A DNA stretch of 64,000 nt from Burkholderiaceae bacterium (GCA_024711155.1 JANJTK010000197.1:4739-68738); one strand, 5' to 3'; positions 1 through 8,696 are shown, numbered from the stretch's first letter. Notes: generated by a model from the sequence alone, not told the origin. Numbers and translations: made by a program.

Positions 1-1
1 C

Positions 2-1513
2 GACCTGCTGCTGGCGATCGACTGGCAGAACATCAACCGCTTCGCCGACGAGATCCCGATGCGCCCCACCGGGGTGCTGGTCGGCGATTCCGACGAAGGC
101 GAGCCGCCGGCGGTGTTCCTGGCAGGCGGCGCGCGTTACTTCTCGGTGCCGCTGAAGAAGATCTCGAAAGCGGTCCCCGGCAGCTGGACCAACATGGTGG
201 CGCTCGGAGTCGCCGGCGCGCTTGCCGGGATTCCGGTCGAGGCGCTCGAGGAGGCGGTGCGCGCGTCGTGGAAGCGCGCGGAAACGGCGCTGCAGGCCAA
301 CCTGCAGGCACTGCACGCCGGCATCGAGGCGGCCGCCGGCATCGACGGCATGCCGCGCATCGCTGCCGGCCCGGCGCCGGCCGGCAAGCGCTGGCTGCTC
401 AGCGGCAACGAGGGCACCGGTTTCGGTGCGCTGCGCGGCGGCGTGCGCTTCGTCGCCGCTTATCCGATCACCCCGGCCACCGAGGTGCTCGAATGGATGG
501 CGCCGATGCTCAGCAAGGTCGGCGGCACATTGCTGCAGGCCGAGGACGAGCTGGCGTCGATCAACATGATCGTCGGCGCGTCGTACGGCGGCGTGCCGTC
601 GCTCACTGCGACGGCGGGGCCCGGACTCGCGCTCATGACCGAGGGCATCGGGCTCGCCGTCGGCGCCGAAGTGCCGGTCGTCGTCGTCGACGTCATGCGT
701 GGCGGCCCCTCGACCGGCATCCCCGCCAAGAGCGAACAGAGCGACCTGTCGTTCGCCGTGAGCGGCCTGCACGGCGACGCGCCGCGGCTGGTGGTCGCGC
801 CGACGTCGATCTCCGACTGCGTGGCCACCACGCAGTGGGCGGTCGAACTGGCCGAGACACTGCAGGCGCCCGCCATCGTGTTGTCGGATCAGTTCGTCGG
901 GCAGTCGCGCGCGATCGTCGATCGCCCCGCCGACCCCGGTTTCTCAGCGAAGCGGCTGGTGGCCGAGGCGAACGCGCCCGACTTCAAGCGCTACCGCAAC
1001 ACCGAATCCGGCGTTTCGCCGATGGCGGTCCCCGGCACGCCGGGCATCACCTACACGGCCGACGGCCTCGAGAAGAACGAGGCCGGCATCCCCAGCAGCC
1101 AGGCGCGCGACCACTACGCGCAGCTCGACAAGCGCGAGCGCAAGCTGCGGCTGCACGACTACGGCAAGTGGTGGGCCGACGTCGAGGGCGAAGGCGACTG
1201 CGCGGTCATCACCTTCGGGTCGGTGACCGACGTGGCGCGCGAGTCGATCGCGCGGCTCGCGGCGCAGGGCGTTGCGGTCAGGCTGGTCGCGCTGCGGCTG
1301 CTTGCGCCGGCGCAGCCCGAGAAGCTCGCCGAGGCGCTCGCGGGTGTCGCGCGAGTGCTCGTGGTCGAGCAGAACCACTCCGCGCAGCTGTTCCGCTACC
1401 TGCGCTCGATGTACGACCTGCCGGGCAAGCCGGCGAGCTTCCACCGACCCGGCCCGCTACCGATGCGCCCGGGCGAACTTGCGAAAGTGATCCTCGAATG
1501 GAAACAGCAATGA
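2..1513 (+). CDS. korA: 2-oxoacid:ferredoxin oxidoreductase, fused gamma/alpha subunit (KorA-like), 5' end cut by window edge
   Basis: The frame is open from nt 2 (DLLLAIDWQNINRFADEIP) into ORF 59..1513. OFOR gamma- then alpha-domain hallmarks are present (GNEGTGFGALRGGVRFVAAYPITPATE, LQAEDELASINMIVGASYGG, TATAGPGLALMTEG). The stop overlaps the next start (ATGA at 1510-1513). Confidence 0.85.
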   Translation, partial: DLLLAIDWQNINRFADEIPMRPTGVLVGDSDEGEPPAVFLAGGARYFSVPLKKISKAVPGSWTNMVALGVAGALAGIPVEALEEAVRASWKRAETALQANLQALHAGIEAAAGIDGMPRIAAGPAPAGKRWLLSGNEGTGFGALRGGVRFVAAYPITPATEVLEWMAPMLSKVGGTLLQAEDELASINMIVGASYGGVPSLTATAGPGLALMTEGIGLAVGAEVPVVVVDVMRGGPSTGIPAKSEQSDLSFAVSGLHGDAPRLVVAPTSISDCVATTQWAVELAETLQAPAIVLSDQFVGQSRAIVDRPADPGFSAKRLVAEANAPDFKRYRNTESGVSPMAVPGTPGITYTADGLEKNEAGIPSSQARDHYAQLDKRERKLRLHDYGKWWADVEGEGDCAVITFGSVTDVARESIARLAAQGVAVRLVALRLLAPAQPEKLAEALAGVARVLVVEQNHSAQLFRYLRSMYDLPGKPASFHRPGPLPMRPGELAKVILEWKQQ

Positions 1514-2349
1514 ACGAGACGGCGGCGCCCGCTGCTCCGCTCACGGCGGCCAGCTACAAGTCCGGGTACAAGCCGATCTGGTGCCCGGGCTGCGGCGACT
1601 ACTCGGTCCTCGGGTCGGTCACCAAGGCGCTGGCGATCCTGCAACTGCGCCCCGAGAACGTCGCGGTCGTCTCGGGCATCGGCTGCTCGTCGCGGATTCC
1701 CGCGTACACCTCATGCTACGGGTTCCACGGCGTGCACGGACGCTCGCTCGCGGCCGCGACCGGGCTGAAGGTCGCGCGACCCGACATGACGGTGCTGGTG
1801 GCCGGCGGCGACGGCGACGGCTACTCGATCGGCGGCAACCACTTCATGCACGCGTGCCGCCGCAACGTGGACCTCACCTACATCGTGATGGACAACCACG
1901 TCTACGGGATGACGAAAGGCCAGCCCTCGCCGACCACCGAGCCGGACTGGGATTCGAAGCTCTCGCCCGGCGGCACCGGCGTGCGCGCGTTCCACCCGCT
2001 GGTGATCGCGCTCGCATCGGGCGCCAATTTCGTCGCACGAGCGTTTTCCGGCGATCCCAACGGCACGGCGGAGATCCTCGCGCAGGCGGTCCGTCACCCG
2101 GGCTTCTCGTTCGTCGAGATCATGAGCCCGTGCGTGACCTTCCGGCCCGAACAGCGCACCTGGAAAGAGCAGGTGCGCCCTGCCCCGGTCGAGCACACCG
2201 ACGACCGGGCGCGGGCCGCGCGCCGCATCCTCACCGACGACGGATTCAACATCGGCGTGCTGTTCGCCGGCGACCGCGAACCGTATCCGCTCGGCCCGCG
2301 CGGAACACGGCGCAGCATCGCCGAAATCGAGGCGGAGTTCGAACTATGA
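1510..2349 (+). CDS. korB: 2-oxoacid:ferredoxin oxidoreductase beta (ThDP-binding) subunit
   Basis: Distal part of ORF 268..2349. ATG 1510 overlaps the korA stop. Motifs WCPGCGDY, GIGCSSR, GGDGDGYSIGGNH and MDNHVYGMTKGQ are present. There is an alternative in-frame ATG at 1498. Confidence 0.88.
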   Translation: MNETAAPAAPLTAASYKSGYKPIWCPGCGDYSVLGSVTKALAILQLRPENVAVVSGIGCSSRIPAYTSCYGFHGVHGRSLAAATGLKVARPDMTVLVAGGDGDGYSIGGNHFMHACRRNVDLTYIVMDNHVYGMTKGQPSPTTEPDWDSKLSPGGTGVRAFHPLVIALASGANFVARAFSGDPNGTAEILAQAVRHPGFSFVEIMSPCVTFRPEQRTWKEQVRPAPVEHTDDRARAARRILTDDGFNIGVLFAGDREPYPLGPRGTRRSIAEIEAEFEL

Positions 2350-2867
2350 ATGCAAACCGGGTCAAGGCGCCCCGCACCCTCGACGAGTTCATGGCGAAAG
2401 CCTACGAAATGGAGATCGAGGCCGCCCAGCGCTACGCGGAATTCGCCGACGCAATGGAAACGCACAACAATCGCGAAGTAGCGGACCTGTTTCGCAAGAT
2501 GTCGGTGATCGAGGGCAAGCACGCCCAGCAGATCCTGGCCGAGATGGGCTGGGAGTCGCCGCCGGCGCCCGGCGCCGCGGTCTGGGACACCCTCGAAGCG
2601 CCGGAAACGGTGCCGATGGACGAGGTGCACTACCTGATGCAGCCGTACCACGCGCTGACGCTGTCGCTCGCGAGCGAACAGCGCGCCGAACGCTTCTTCG
2701 CGCAGATTGCCGAAGCCGCCACCGTCGACTCGGTGCGCAAGGCGGCCATCGAGATGCGGGCCGAAGAGCGCGAGCACATCGAGCTGATCGAGGCGTGGCT
2801 GAACAAGGTCCCCAAGCCCGACAAGAACTGGGCCGACGACCCCGATCCGCCGCGCTACATCGACTGA
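2346..2867 (+). CDS. ferritin-like / rubrerythrin-family diiron protein (no rubredoxin domain)
   Basis: Distal part of ORF 1581..2867. ATG 2346 overlaps the korB stop (ATGA). The 173-aa product has two ExxH motifs (EGKH, EREH) plus partner Glu-containing helices (EIEAAQRY, SEQRAERFF). No CxxC pairs are present. Confidence 0.7.
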   Translation: MNANRVKAPRTLDEFMAKAYEMEIEAAQRYAEFADAMETHNNREVADLFRKMSVIEGKHAQQILAEMGWESPPAPGAAVWDTLEAPETVPMDEVHYLMQPYHALTLSLASEQRAERFFAQIAEAATVDSVRKAAIEMRAEEREHIELIEAWLNKVPKPDKNWADDPDPPRYID

Positions 2868-2941
2868 CGCCCGCCGAGCCGGGCACACGACGACATCCGG
2901 CCGCATCCGGCCGCCAACGACGACGAGCAAGGACGACACAC

Positions 2942-3337
2942 ATGCAGACACTGCTTCCGGAAGGCTGGGCACCCCCGATCGGCTACGCCAACGGCATCGC
3001 GGTCGACGCCGGCCGCATCGTGTTCGTCGCCGGCCAGGTCGGCTGGGACGCACAACAGAAGTTCCACTCGGAGGAGATCGCTCCGCAGTTCGAGCAGGCC
3101 CTGCTCAACATCCTCGCGGTGCTGGCCGCTGCCGGCGCCGAAGGGCGGCACATTTGCCGGATGACCGCGTACTGCTGCGACAAGCCTGCCTACATGGCGG
3201 CGCGCAGGGATCTCGGCCGGATCTGGCGCAAGCACCTCGGCACCCACTACCCGGCGATGAGCATGATCTTCGTGTCGGACCTGCTCGACAATCCGGGCAA
3301 GATCGAACTCGAGGCGACCGCGGTCGTGCCGAAGTGA
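2942..3337 (+). CDS. RidA/YjgF family protein (reactive intermediate deaminase-like)
   Basis: ATG 2942 lies inside ORF 2795..3337. The 131-aa product reads IGYANGIAVDAGRIVFVAGQVGWD ... IELEATAVV, a typical RidA fold signature. Confidence 0.8.
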   Translation: MQTLLPEGWAPPIGYANGIAVDAGRIVFVAGQVGWDAQQKFHSEEIAPQFEQALLNILAVLAAAGAEGRHICRMTAYCCDKPAYMAARRDLGRIWRKHLGTHYPAMSMIFVSDLLDNPGKIELEATAVVPK

Positions 3338-3389
3338 CGCCCGGGCCGGGTCGCGCTAGCGGCCCGGCGCAGCCCGCGGGCGGCGCGCC

Positions 3390-4019
3390 TCAGCGCGCCA
3401 CGCCCCAGTAGCCGTAGGTCAGCGGCCCGAGCGTGCGCGCGGACCACAGCGAGCCGTCGAGCAGGCCCTCGCTCCACTCGACCTCGAAACCCGCCGCGCG
3501 CAGGATCGTCGGCGGGTCGCGCGTGAGCCGGCAGCCACCGGCCAGCGGCGTCCACACCGGTTCGATCCGTCGCTGCCACCGCTGCGCGCCCGGCGAGCGC
3601 GCGGTGCCGTGCTCGGCGAACAGCAGTTCGCCGCCGCGTCGCAGCACGCGCCGCATCTCGCGCGCAGCCTGTTCGACGTCCGGGATCGTGCACATCGTGA
3701 ACGTGATCACGACCGTGTCGACCGACGCGTCGGCGAGCGGAATGGACTCGCCGGACGCCGGCACGAACTCGACCGGCACCGCGGCCGAGCGCGCCCGCTG
3801 CAGTGCGATCGCGCGCAGTCCGTCGGCAGGCTCGAGCGCGAGCACGCGCTGGACCTTGCCGGGATCGTAGAACGGCAGGTTCAGGCCCGAGCCGTAGCCG
3901 ACTTCGAGCACCCGGCCGCGCGCAAGCGGCACGACGCGCGCGCGCACGCGCGCCAGCGACGCGGAACCGCAGGCCGCGTCGACGAGCCGCGGCAGGATCA
4001 GGCGCTCGTAGACACCCAC
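3390..4019 (-). CDS. class I SAM-dependent methyltransferase
   Basis: From ORF 3390..4130. SAM motif VLEVGYGSGLN and RRVLRRGGELLF are present. I trimmed the start to GTG 4019 (VGVYERLILPRL) because the ATG at 4130 would overlap the divergent folA start. The start is uncertain. Confidence 0.65.
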   Translation of the reverse strand: MGVYERLILPRLVDAACGSASLARVRARVVPLARGRVLEVGYGSGLNLPFYDPGKVQRVLALEPADGLRAIALQRARSAAVPVEFVPASGESIPLADASVDTVVITFTMCTIPDVEQAAREMRRVLRRGGELLFAEHGTARSPGAQRWQRRIEPVWTPLAGGCRLTRDPPTILRAAGFEVEWSEGLLDGSLWSARTLGPLTYGYWGVAR

Positions 4020-4114
4020 GCCCGTCAGTCCTCCGCAGGATCCGGGCACGTCGCCGCTACAATCGAGGCAGGCCCGCGCGCGCCGGCGCAGGCTGCCGAA
4101 AGGGCAACGACACG

Positions 4115-4678
4115 ATGCAACATCCGTCACACGATACCAGCAGCAGCGGCCCGCGCGTGACGATCGTCGTCGCGCGCGCGCGCGGCGGGGTGATCGGCGC
4201 CGGCAACGCGCTGCCCTGGCACCTGCCCGAGGATCTGCGCCACTTCCGCGCGACCACCCTGGGGCGCGCGATCGTGATGGGCAGGAAGACCTTCGAGTCG
4301 ATCGGCAAGGCGCTTCCTGGCCGGCGCACGATCGTCGTCAGCCGCGATCCGGCGTGGTCGCACCCGGGCTGCGAGAGCGCCACCACGCTGCGCGACGCGA
4401 TCGCGCTCGCGGCGCAACCGGGCCCGGATCCGGCGATCGCCACCGACGAAGTGTTCGTCGTCGGCGGCGCCGAACTCTATCGCGAGGCCATCGGGCTGGC
4501 GCAGCGCGCGATCGTCACCGAGATCGAGCTCGACGTCGCCGGCGACGCGCACTTTCCTGAGTTCGACCCGGCGCAGTGGCGCGCGCTCTCGCGCAGCACG
4601 CACCTGGCGCAGAACGGCCTGCACTTCGAGATCGTCGACTACCGGCGGCGCGCGCCCAGCCCCGACGCGGCGGGCTGA
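4115..4678 (+). CDS. folA: dihydrofolate reductase
   Basis: ATG 4115 lies in ORF 3803..4678. DHFR motifs IGAGNALPWHLPEDLRHFRATTLG, IVMGRKTFESIG and VVGGAELY are present. Confidence 0.9.
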   Translation: MQHPSHDTSSSGPRVTIVVARARGGVIGAGNALPWHLPEDLRHFRATTLGRAIVMGRKTFESIGKALPGRRTIVVSRDPAWSHPGCESATTLRDAIALAAQPGPDPAIATDEVFVVGGAELYREAIGLAQRAIVTEIELDVAGDAHFPEFDPAQWRALSRSTHLAQNGLHFEIVDYRRRAPSPDAAG

Positions 4679-4684
4679 CGCTGC

Positions 4685-4715
4685 CAGTCCTTGCGCGCAC
4701 TCAGTCCTTGCGCGC
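4685..4715. repeat. 14-nt direct repeat CAGTCCTTGCGCGC x2 (period 17)
   Basis: Copies at 4685-4698 and 4702-4715 are identical. The second copy contains the stop codon (4701-4703, minus strand) of the CYTH-CHAD gene. The repeat sits in the 22-nt gap between convergent genes. Confidence 0.8.
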
Positions 4716-6338
4716 GAACGGATCGGCACAGGACAACGCCGCCAGCGCCCGTTGCGCGCGCTGCAGCGCGACCTCGCGTCGCGCCGCCAACCAGCCGGCG
4801 GCGAACCACCGGCGCGGTTCGTCGCCAGCCTCCTGGCCAGCGTAGAGCCGCCGCGCAAGATCCAGATCCGACAGTTCCCCGAGCGCTTCCTGCAGCGCCC
4901 CGAGCCGCTTCGCGAACCGCCGCGACGCCTTGCGCGCAAAGACCGGCGCGAGGAATCCGAGCGCGTAGCGCAGGCGCTTGGCGCGCAGGCGCACGACGTG
5001 GCGCGCCGCATCGTCGAGCGCCGCGAAGTCCTCGGCCCGGGCGAGCAACGACTGGCGCCAGCGGCGCAGCCGGGCCCGTGCCAGCGGCGCCAGCGGCGTG
5101 AGCGGCGTGTGGGCCGCAAGCGACCCGCGCGCGCCTGCAATTTCGGGTTCGGGCGCGCGCCCGGCGAGCGCGACACGCCACTCGAGCAGGTCGAGCAGGA
5201 AGCGCTGGGCGTCGTCGCCCGCGAGCAGATCGGCGGCCCTTCTCGCAGGCGCCCCGGCAGGCGTGTCCAGCGCCGCTTCACGACACACCTGCGACTGCCA
5301 TGGCGGGGCGCCGGCGCGCTCGAGCGCCGGTTCGATCGCCTGCGCAAGCACGTCGGCGTCGCGCAGCGCGCCGAGCCGCCGGAACAGTTCGCGCGCGCCG
5401 TCGGCCATCGACTCGGGCGCCGGCGCAACCCAGCCGCGAAACAGGCGCAACGCGCAGCGCAACCGCCGCAGCCCGACGCGCAACTGGTGCAACGCTTCGG
5501 CTTGCTGCGCCTTATCGGTCTGCCCCTGAAGTGGCCGCACTTCGGCTGCCCGCGCCTCGGCGGTCTGCGGACCGTGCCGCGGCCGGCCGCGCGGGGCGGG
5601 CACCGCGAGCGCCGACGCGTTGGCGAACACCTGCGCGATGCATTCGTCGAGCACTGCGCACCAGGCTTCGCCGACGCTCGCCTTGCGCGACAGCGCAACC
5701 GCGGCGGCGCCGCGCGGTGCCGCCTGCGCGCGCCCGTCGGCGAGCGCATCGCCTCGCTCGGCCTTGCTGCGTGCATCGAGCACCAGGCCGAAGCGCGCGC
5801 GCCAGCGGCGCGCCAGCGCGAACAGCGCGGCCGGATCGCCCGACACGAGTTCGCACTCGAGTTCGCACACCGCCAGCGCGCGAGGGCCGGCGACGATGCG
5901 CCCTTCGTCGAACGCGAGCTCGACCACCGCGCCGCGCGTGCGCACGCGCCGCAGCGTGCGCCGGATGTCGGTTCCGTAGCGTTCCCCGAGCGGCGCCTGA
6001 GCGTCGGCCAGCAGCGCCGCCAGCCGCTCGCCAGCCGCGGTGCCGGCGTGCACGGCCGGATCGAGCGACGCGTCGGGACGCGGCACCTCGTGCTCGAGAC
6101 GCACGGGAGAGCCCTGCGCGCCGCACTTCAGCGTCTGCACCCAGCGCCGGCCTTCGCGCCGCAGTCGCAGCGACATTCCCGCGCGCGCGAGGCGCCGGTC
6201 CGGCGTGTCGAAGTAGCGCGCGACGAGCCGCACGGTTGCGGCCGGCTCGCCGCGCGCGGCAAGCGCGGCGCGCACGCCTTCCCGGGCCGCGGCGGGCACG
6301 AGGAACTTCAGTTCAATTTCGACGCCAGGAGGGTTCAC
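4701..6338 (-). CDS. CYTH (triphosphate tunnel metalloenzyme) + CHAD domain protein
   Basis: 3' part of ORF 4701..7505. GTG 6338 has GGAG 8 nt upstream. The N-terminus has EIELKFLV (CYTH ExExK signature), followed by a long helical Arg/Ala/His-rich CHAD-like region. Length 545 aa. Confidence 0.72.
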   Translation of the reverse strand: MNPPGVEIELKFLVPAAAREGVRAALAARGEPAATVRLVARYFDTPDRRLARAGMSLRLRREGRRWVQTLKCGAQGSPVRLEHEVPRPDASLDPAVHAGTAAGERLAALLADAQAPLGERYGTDIRRTLRRVRTRGAVVELAFDEGRIVAGPRALAVCELECELVSGDPAALFALARRWRARFGLVLDARSKAERGDALADGRAQAAPRGAAAVALSRKASVGEAWCAVLDECIAQVFANASALAVPAPRGRPRHGPQTAEARAAEVRPLQGQTDKAQQAEALHQLRVGLRRLRCALRLFRGWVAPAPESMADGARELFRRLGALRDADVLAQAIEPALERAGAPPWQSQVCREAALDTPAGAPARRAADLLAGDDAQRFLLDLLEWRVALAGRAPEPEIAGARGSLAAHTPLTPLAPLARARLRRWRQSLLARAEDFAALDDAARHVVRLRAKRLRYALGFLAPVFARKASRRFAKRLGALQEALGELSDLDLARRLYAGQEAGDEPRRWFAAGWLAARREVALQRAQRALAALSCADPFARKD

Positions 6339-6542
6339 GCTGCGCTCCACGCCCCGCAGCCTGTCGCAGCTGCGCGCGAGCGACGCACCGCGCGCCGCGG
6401 CAAGGAACCTCGCGCAAGCGGCGAGCGAGCGCCAGTCGGGCCGTCGAGCATACCCGCATCCGGCCGGCCGCAGGTTACTGATCGGACGACTGAGCGGACC
6501 GCTAGAATCGCCGGTAATCCGATCGCCACGCGAGTCCCGCCG

Positions 6543-7430
6543 ATGCCCCTGCCCGCCGAACTCCCGACCGTCGCCTGCGAACTCGCCGACGGCATCGCGA
6601 CGATCACGCTGAACCGTCCCGACAAGCTCAACGCGTTCACCGCGCAGATGCTCGAGGACCTGCTCGCGGTCTTCGACGCCACCGACGCCGACGACGCGGT
6701 GCGCGTCGTCATCGTCACCGGCGCGGGCCGCGCGTTCTGCGCCGGCGCCGACCTGTCCGAGGGCGCCAGGACCTTCGACTACTCGGCGCGCGAGGACCTC
6801 GCGAACGCGACCGATCGCGTCGGCGGCGTCCAGCGCGACGGCGGCGGCATCGCGACGCTGCGGATCTTCCGCAGCCTCAAGCCGGTCATCGGCGCGATCA
6901 ACGGCCCGGCGGTCGGCATCGGTGCGACGATGCAGTTGCCGATGGACATCCGGATGGCGTCGACCGAAGCGCGCTTCGGCTTCGTGGTCGCGCGCCGCGG
7001 CATCACCCCCGAAGCGGCGTCGGGATGGTTCCTGCCGCGGCTCGTCGGCATGCAGACCGCGCTCGAGTGGTGCTTCACCGGCCGCGTGTTCCCGGCGCAG
7101 GAGGCGCACGAACGCGGGCTGGTGCGCTCGCTGCACGCGCCCGACCAACTGCTGCCGGCGGCGCGCGCGCTCGCGCGCGAGATCGCCGACAACACCGCGC
7201 CGGTCTCGATCGCGCTCACGCGCCACATGTTGTGGCGACTCGGCACGGCGGACCACCCGATGCACGCGCACCGCATCGACAGCCGCGCGATCCAGGCGCG
7301 CGGCCAGTCGGCCGACGCGCGCGAGGGCGTCAGCGCGTTCCTCGAGAAGCGCGCCGCGCGCTATCCGGACCGCGTCTCGCGCGACCTGCCCGACTTCTTC
7401 CCGTGGTGGGACGAGCCGCCGTTCGAGTAG
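6543..7430 (+). CDS. enoyl-CoA hydratase/isomerase (crotonase) family protein
   Basis: ATG 6543 lies in ORF 4752..7430. Crotonase motifs ITLNRPDKLNAF, VVIVTGAGRAFCAGADL and GAINGPAVGIGATM are present. Confidence 0.85.
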   Translation: MPLPAELPTVACELADGIATITLNRPDKLNAFTAQMLEDLLAVFDATDADDAVRVVIVTGAGRAFCAGADLSEGARTFDYSAREDLANATDRVGGVQRDGGGIATLRIFRSLKPVIGAINGPAVGIGATMQLPMDIRMASTEARFGFVVARRGITPEAASGWFLPRLVGMQTALEWCFTGRVFPAQEAHERGLVRSLHAPDQLLPAARALAREIADNTAPVSIALTRHMLWRLGTADHPMHAHRIDSRAIQARGQSADAREGVSAFLEKRAARYPDRVSRDLPDFFPWWDEPPFE

Positions 7431-7478
7431 CAACCTGCGGGAAGCGGGGCGGCCGCTTCGGTAGAATTGCGGCGAGCC

Positions 7479-7554
7479 GCCCCCGTAGCTCAGTGGATAG
7501 AGCATCCCCCTCCTAAGGGGAGGGTCGCACGTTCGATTCGTGCCGGGGGCGCCA
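7479..7554 (+). tRNA. tRNA-Arg (anticodon CCU), CCA encoded
   Basis: A full 76-nt cloverleaf folds by eye. Acceptor GCCCCCG/CGGGGGC, D arm GCTC-AGTGGATA-GAGC, anticodon arm TCCCC-CTCCTAA-GGGGA (anticodon CCT), T arm GCACG-TTCGATT-CGTGC, discriminator G, then CCA. Confidence 0.92.
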
Positions 7555-7628
7555 GAGAACGGCGGAGCGGCCCGCGAAGCATCCGGGTTCGGGGCTCGCT
7601 CATCGCGAGGCCCGCCGTCGAGTGCGGG

Positions 7629-8168
7629 TCAGCTTCCCGCGAGCGCCTTCTGATGGACCCAGTCGGCGTGGTGCGGCGCGCGCTTGGTCTTCTCCCAGTC
7701 GGCCTGCATCAGGTCGCGCACGCCCGCGAGCTTGCCGACCATCTCGGCGGTCGCGGTGCTCCATGCGAGTTCCAGCCGGTGCCCGTTGGGGTCGAAGAAA
7801 TAGATCGACTTGCAGATCGTGTGGTCGATCGGGCCGAGCACCTCGACACCGCAGGACTCGATGTGGCGCTTGCACTTGAGCAGCGTTTCCTCGTCCGCGA
7901 CGCGCAGGGCCAGATGCTGCACCCAGGGCGGGGTCGCCGTGTCGCGCCCCATCGGCGGAGACTCCGGCAGCTCGAAAAAGGCGACGAACGATCCATCGTC
8001 CATGCGGAAGAACAGATGAAAGTACGGGCTCTCTTCCTGCGTGCTCGGCACGCGATCCTCGGCGACCGCCATCGTGTATTCGAGCCCGAGCACCCTGGTG
8101 TAGAAATCCACCGTTTGCCGCGCGTCCTTGCAGCGGTACGCGACGTGATGCAACCCTTTGACGTCCAT
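7629..8168 (-). CDS. VOC (glyoxalase/bleomycin resistance/dioxygenase) family protein
   Basis: From ORF 7629..8276, trimmed to ATG 8168, which has GAGGAGG about 6 nt upstream. The product reads MDVKGLHHVAYRCKDARQTVDFYTRVLGL ... HLALRV ... IYFFDPNGHRLEL. Confidence 0.75.
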   Translation of the reverse strand: MDVKGLHHVAYRCKDARQTVDFYTRVLGLEYTMAVAEDRVPSTQEESPYFHLFFRMDDGSFVAFFELPESPPMGRDTATPPWVQHLALRVADEETLLKCKRHIESCGVEVLGPIDHTICKSIYFFDPNGHRLELAWSTATAEMVGKLAGVRDLMQADWEKTKRAPHHADWVHQKALAGS

Positions 8169-8696
8169 GCTGTGCCTCCTCGAAGATGCCGCCCGCGGAT
8201 GAAGCTGCTCGCCACCTCCGGGTTCAAGGTTGCAGGCCCCCTCGATGAGGCTACGCCGACGCGATCGGCCGCGCAACCGACTGCGACGCGGTGCTGCGGG
8301 TCGCGGGTGGGCCGACTGGGCACCGAACCTTGGCGCGTGACGGCTACCAGGCTCCCCAGAACCTCGGGTTTCTACGGATATTCAGGACTGTCCTGGTGCC
8401 TATACTTCCTTTTGTTCCATCCATTAATCAGCGTTCCTCTAATGAAACATTGCTTGCTGTCTGTCGGCCCTGCTGCCGCAGGCGGGTCGCACCGACTCGC
8501 CGGTCGCAGCGCCCTCGCGACCGGCGGGTCACAGGGCTTCGGGCGGGCCTTGGCGCGTCACCCGGGGCAAGCCCGCGCTGCGGTGGAGATCGAGGGCATT
8601 TGCCCCGAGGTGATCGAGTTCGCCGAGGGGACGCAGCACGCGGGCGGCTACTGCCGCTCAGTGCGAGCTTCGCAATTCAACTGAAAGGGGGCGATC

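Noticed and set aside
3390-4130. Full 246-aa version of the methyltransferase ORF.
   Set aside because: The first 37 codons (MTDVASCRCPFGSLRRRARACLDCSG...) would overlap the divergent folA start by 16 nt and do not look like family sequence. The GTG at 4019 gives a typical N-terminus. The start remains uncertain.
7441-7467. Hairpin GAAGCGG-ggcgg-CCGCTTC (7441-7459) as a terminator, and TAGAAT (7462-7467) as the tRNA promoter -10 box.
   Set aside because: The stem is short and not followed by a T-tract. No acceptable -35 box lies at the right spacing. This is plausible but too weak to list as a feature.
4701-7505. 934-aa minus-strand ORF that would span the CYTH-CHAD gene, the antisense of the crotonase gene, and the tRNA-Arg gene.
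   Set aside because: Only the 3' 545 codons look like a real protein (CYTH then CHAD). The upstream part is Arg/Ala/Gly-rich low-complexity sequence. It lies antisense to a well-supported crotonase gene and runs through a tRNA gene. This is a typical high-GC shadow ORF. I trimmed it to GTG 6338, which has an RBS.
8317-8334. Sigma-54 promoter-like sequence TGGGCACCGAACCTTGGC.
   Set aside because: The GG and GC elements are one nucleotide too far apart, the -12 element reads TTGG rather than TTGC, and the site is about 360 nt from the nearest start codon. No enhancer-binding protein gene is nearby.
7479-8696. A tRNA-Arg-linked integrative element (genomic island boundary).
   Set aside because: No integrase or excisionase gene follows the tRNA. 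I found no duplicate of the tRNA 3' end in the window and no obvious compositional break. It is kept only as a weak hypothesis in the findings.
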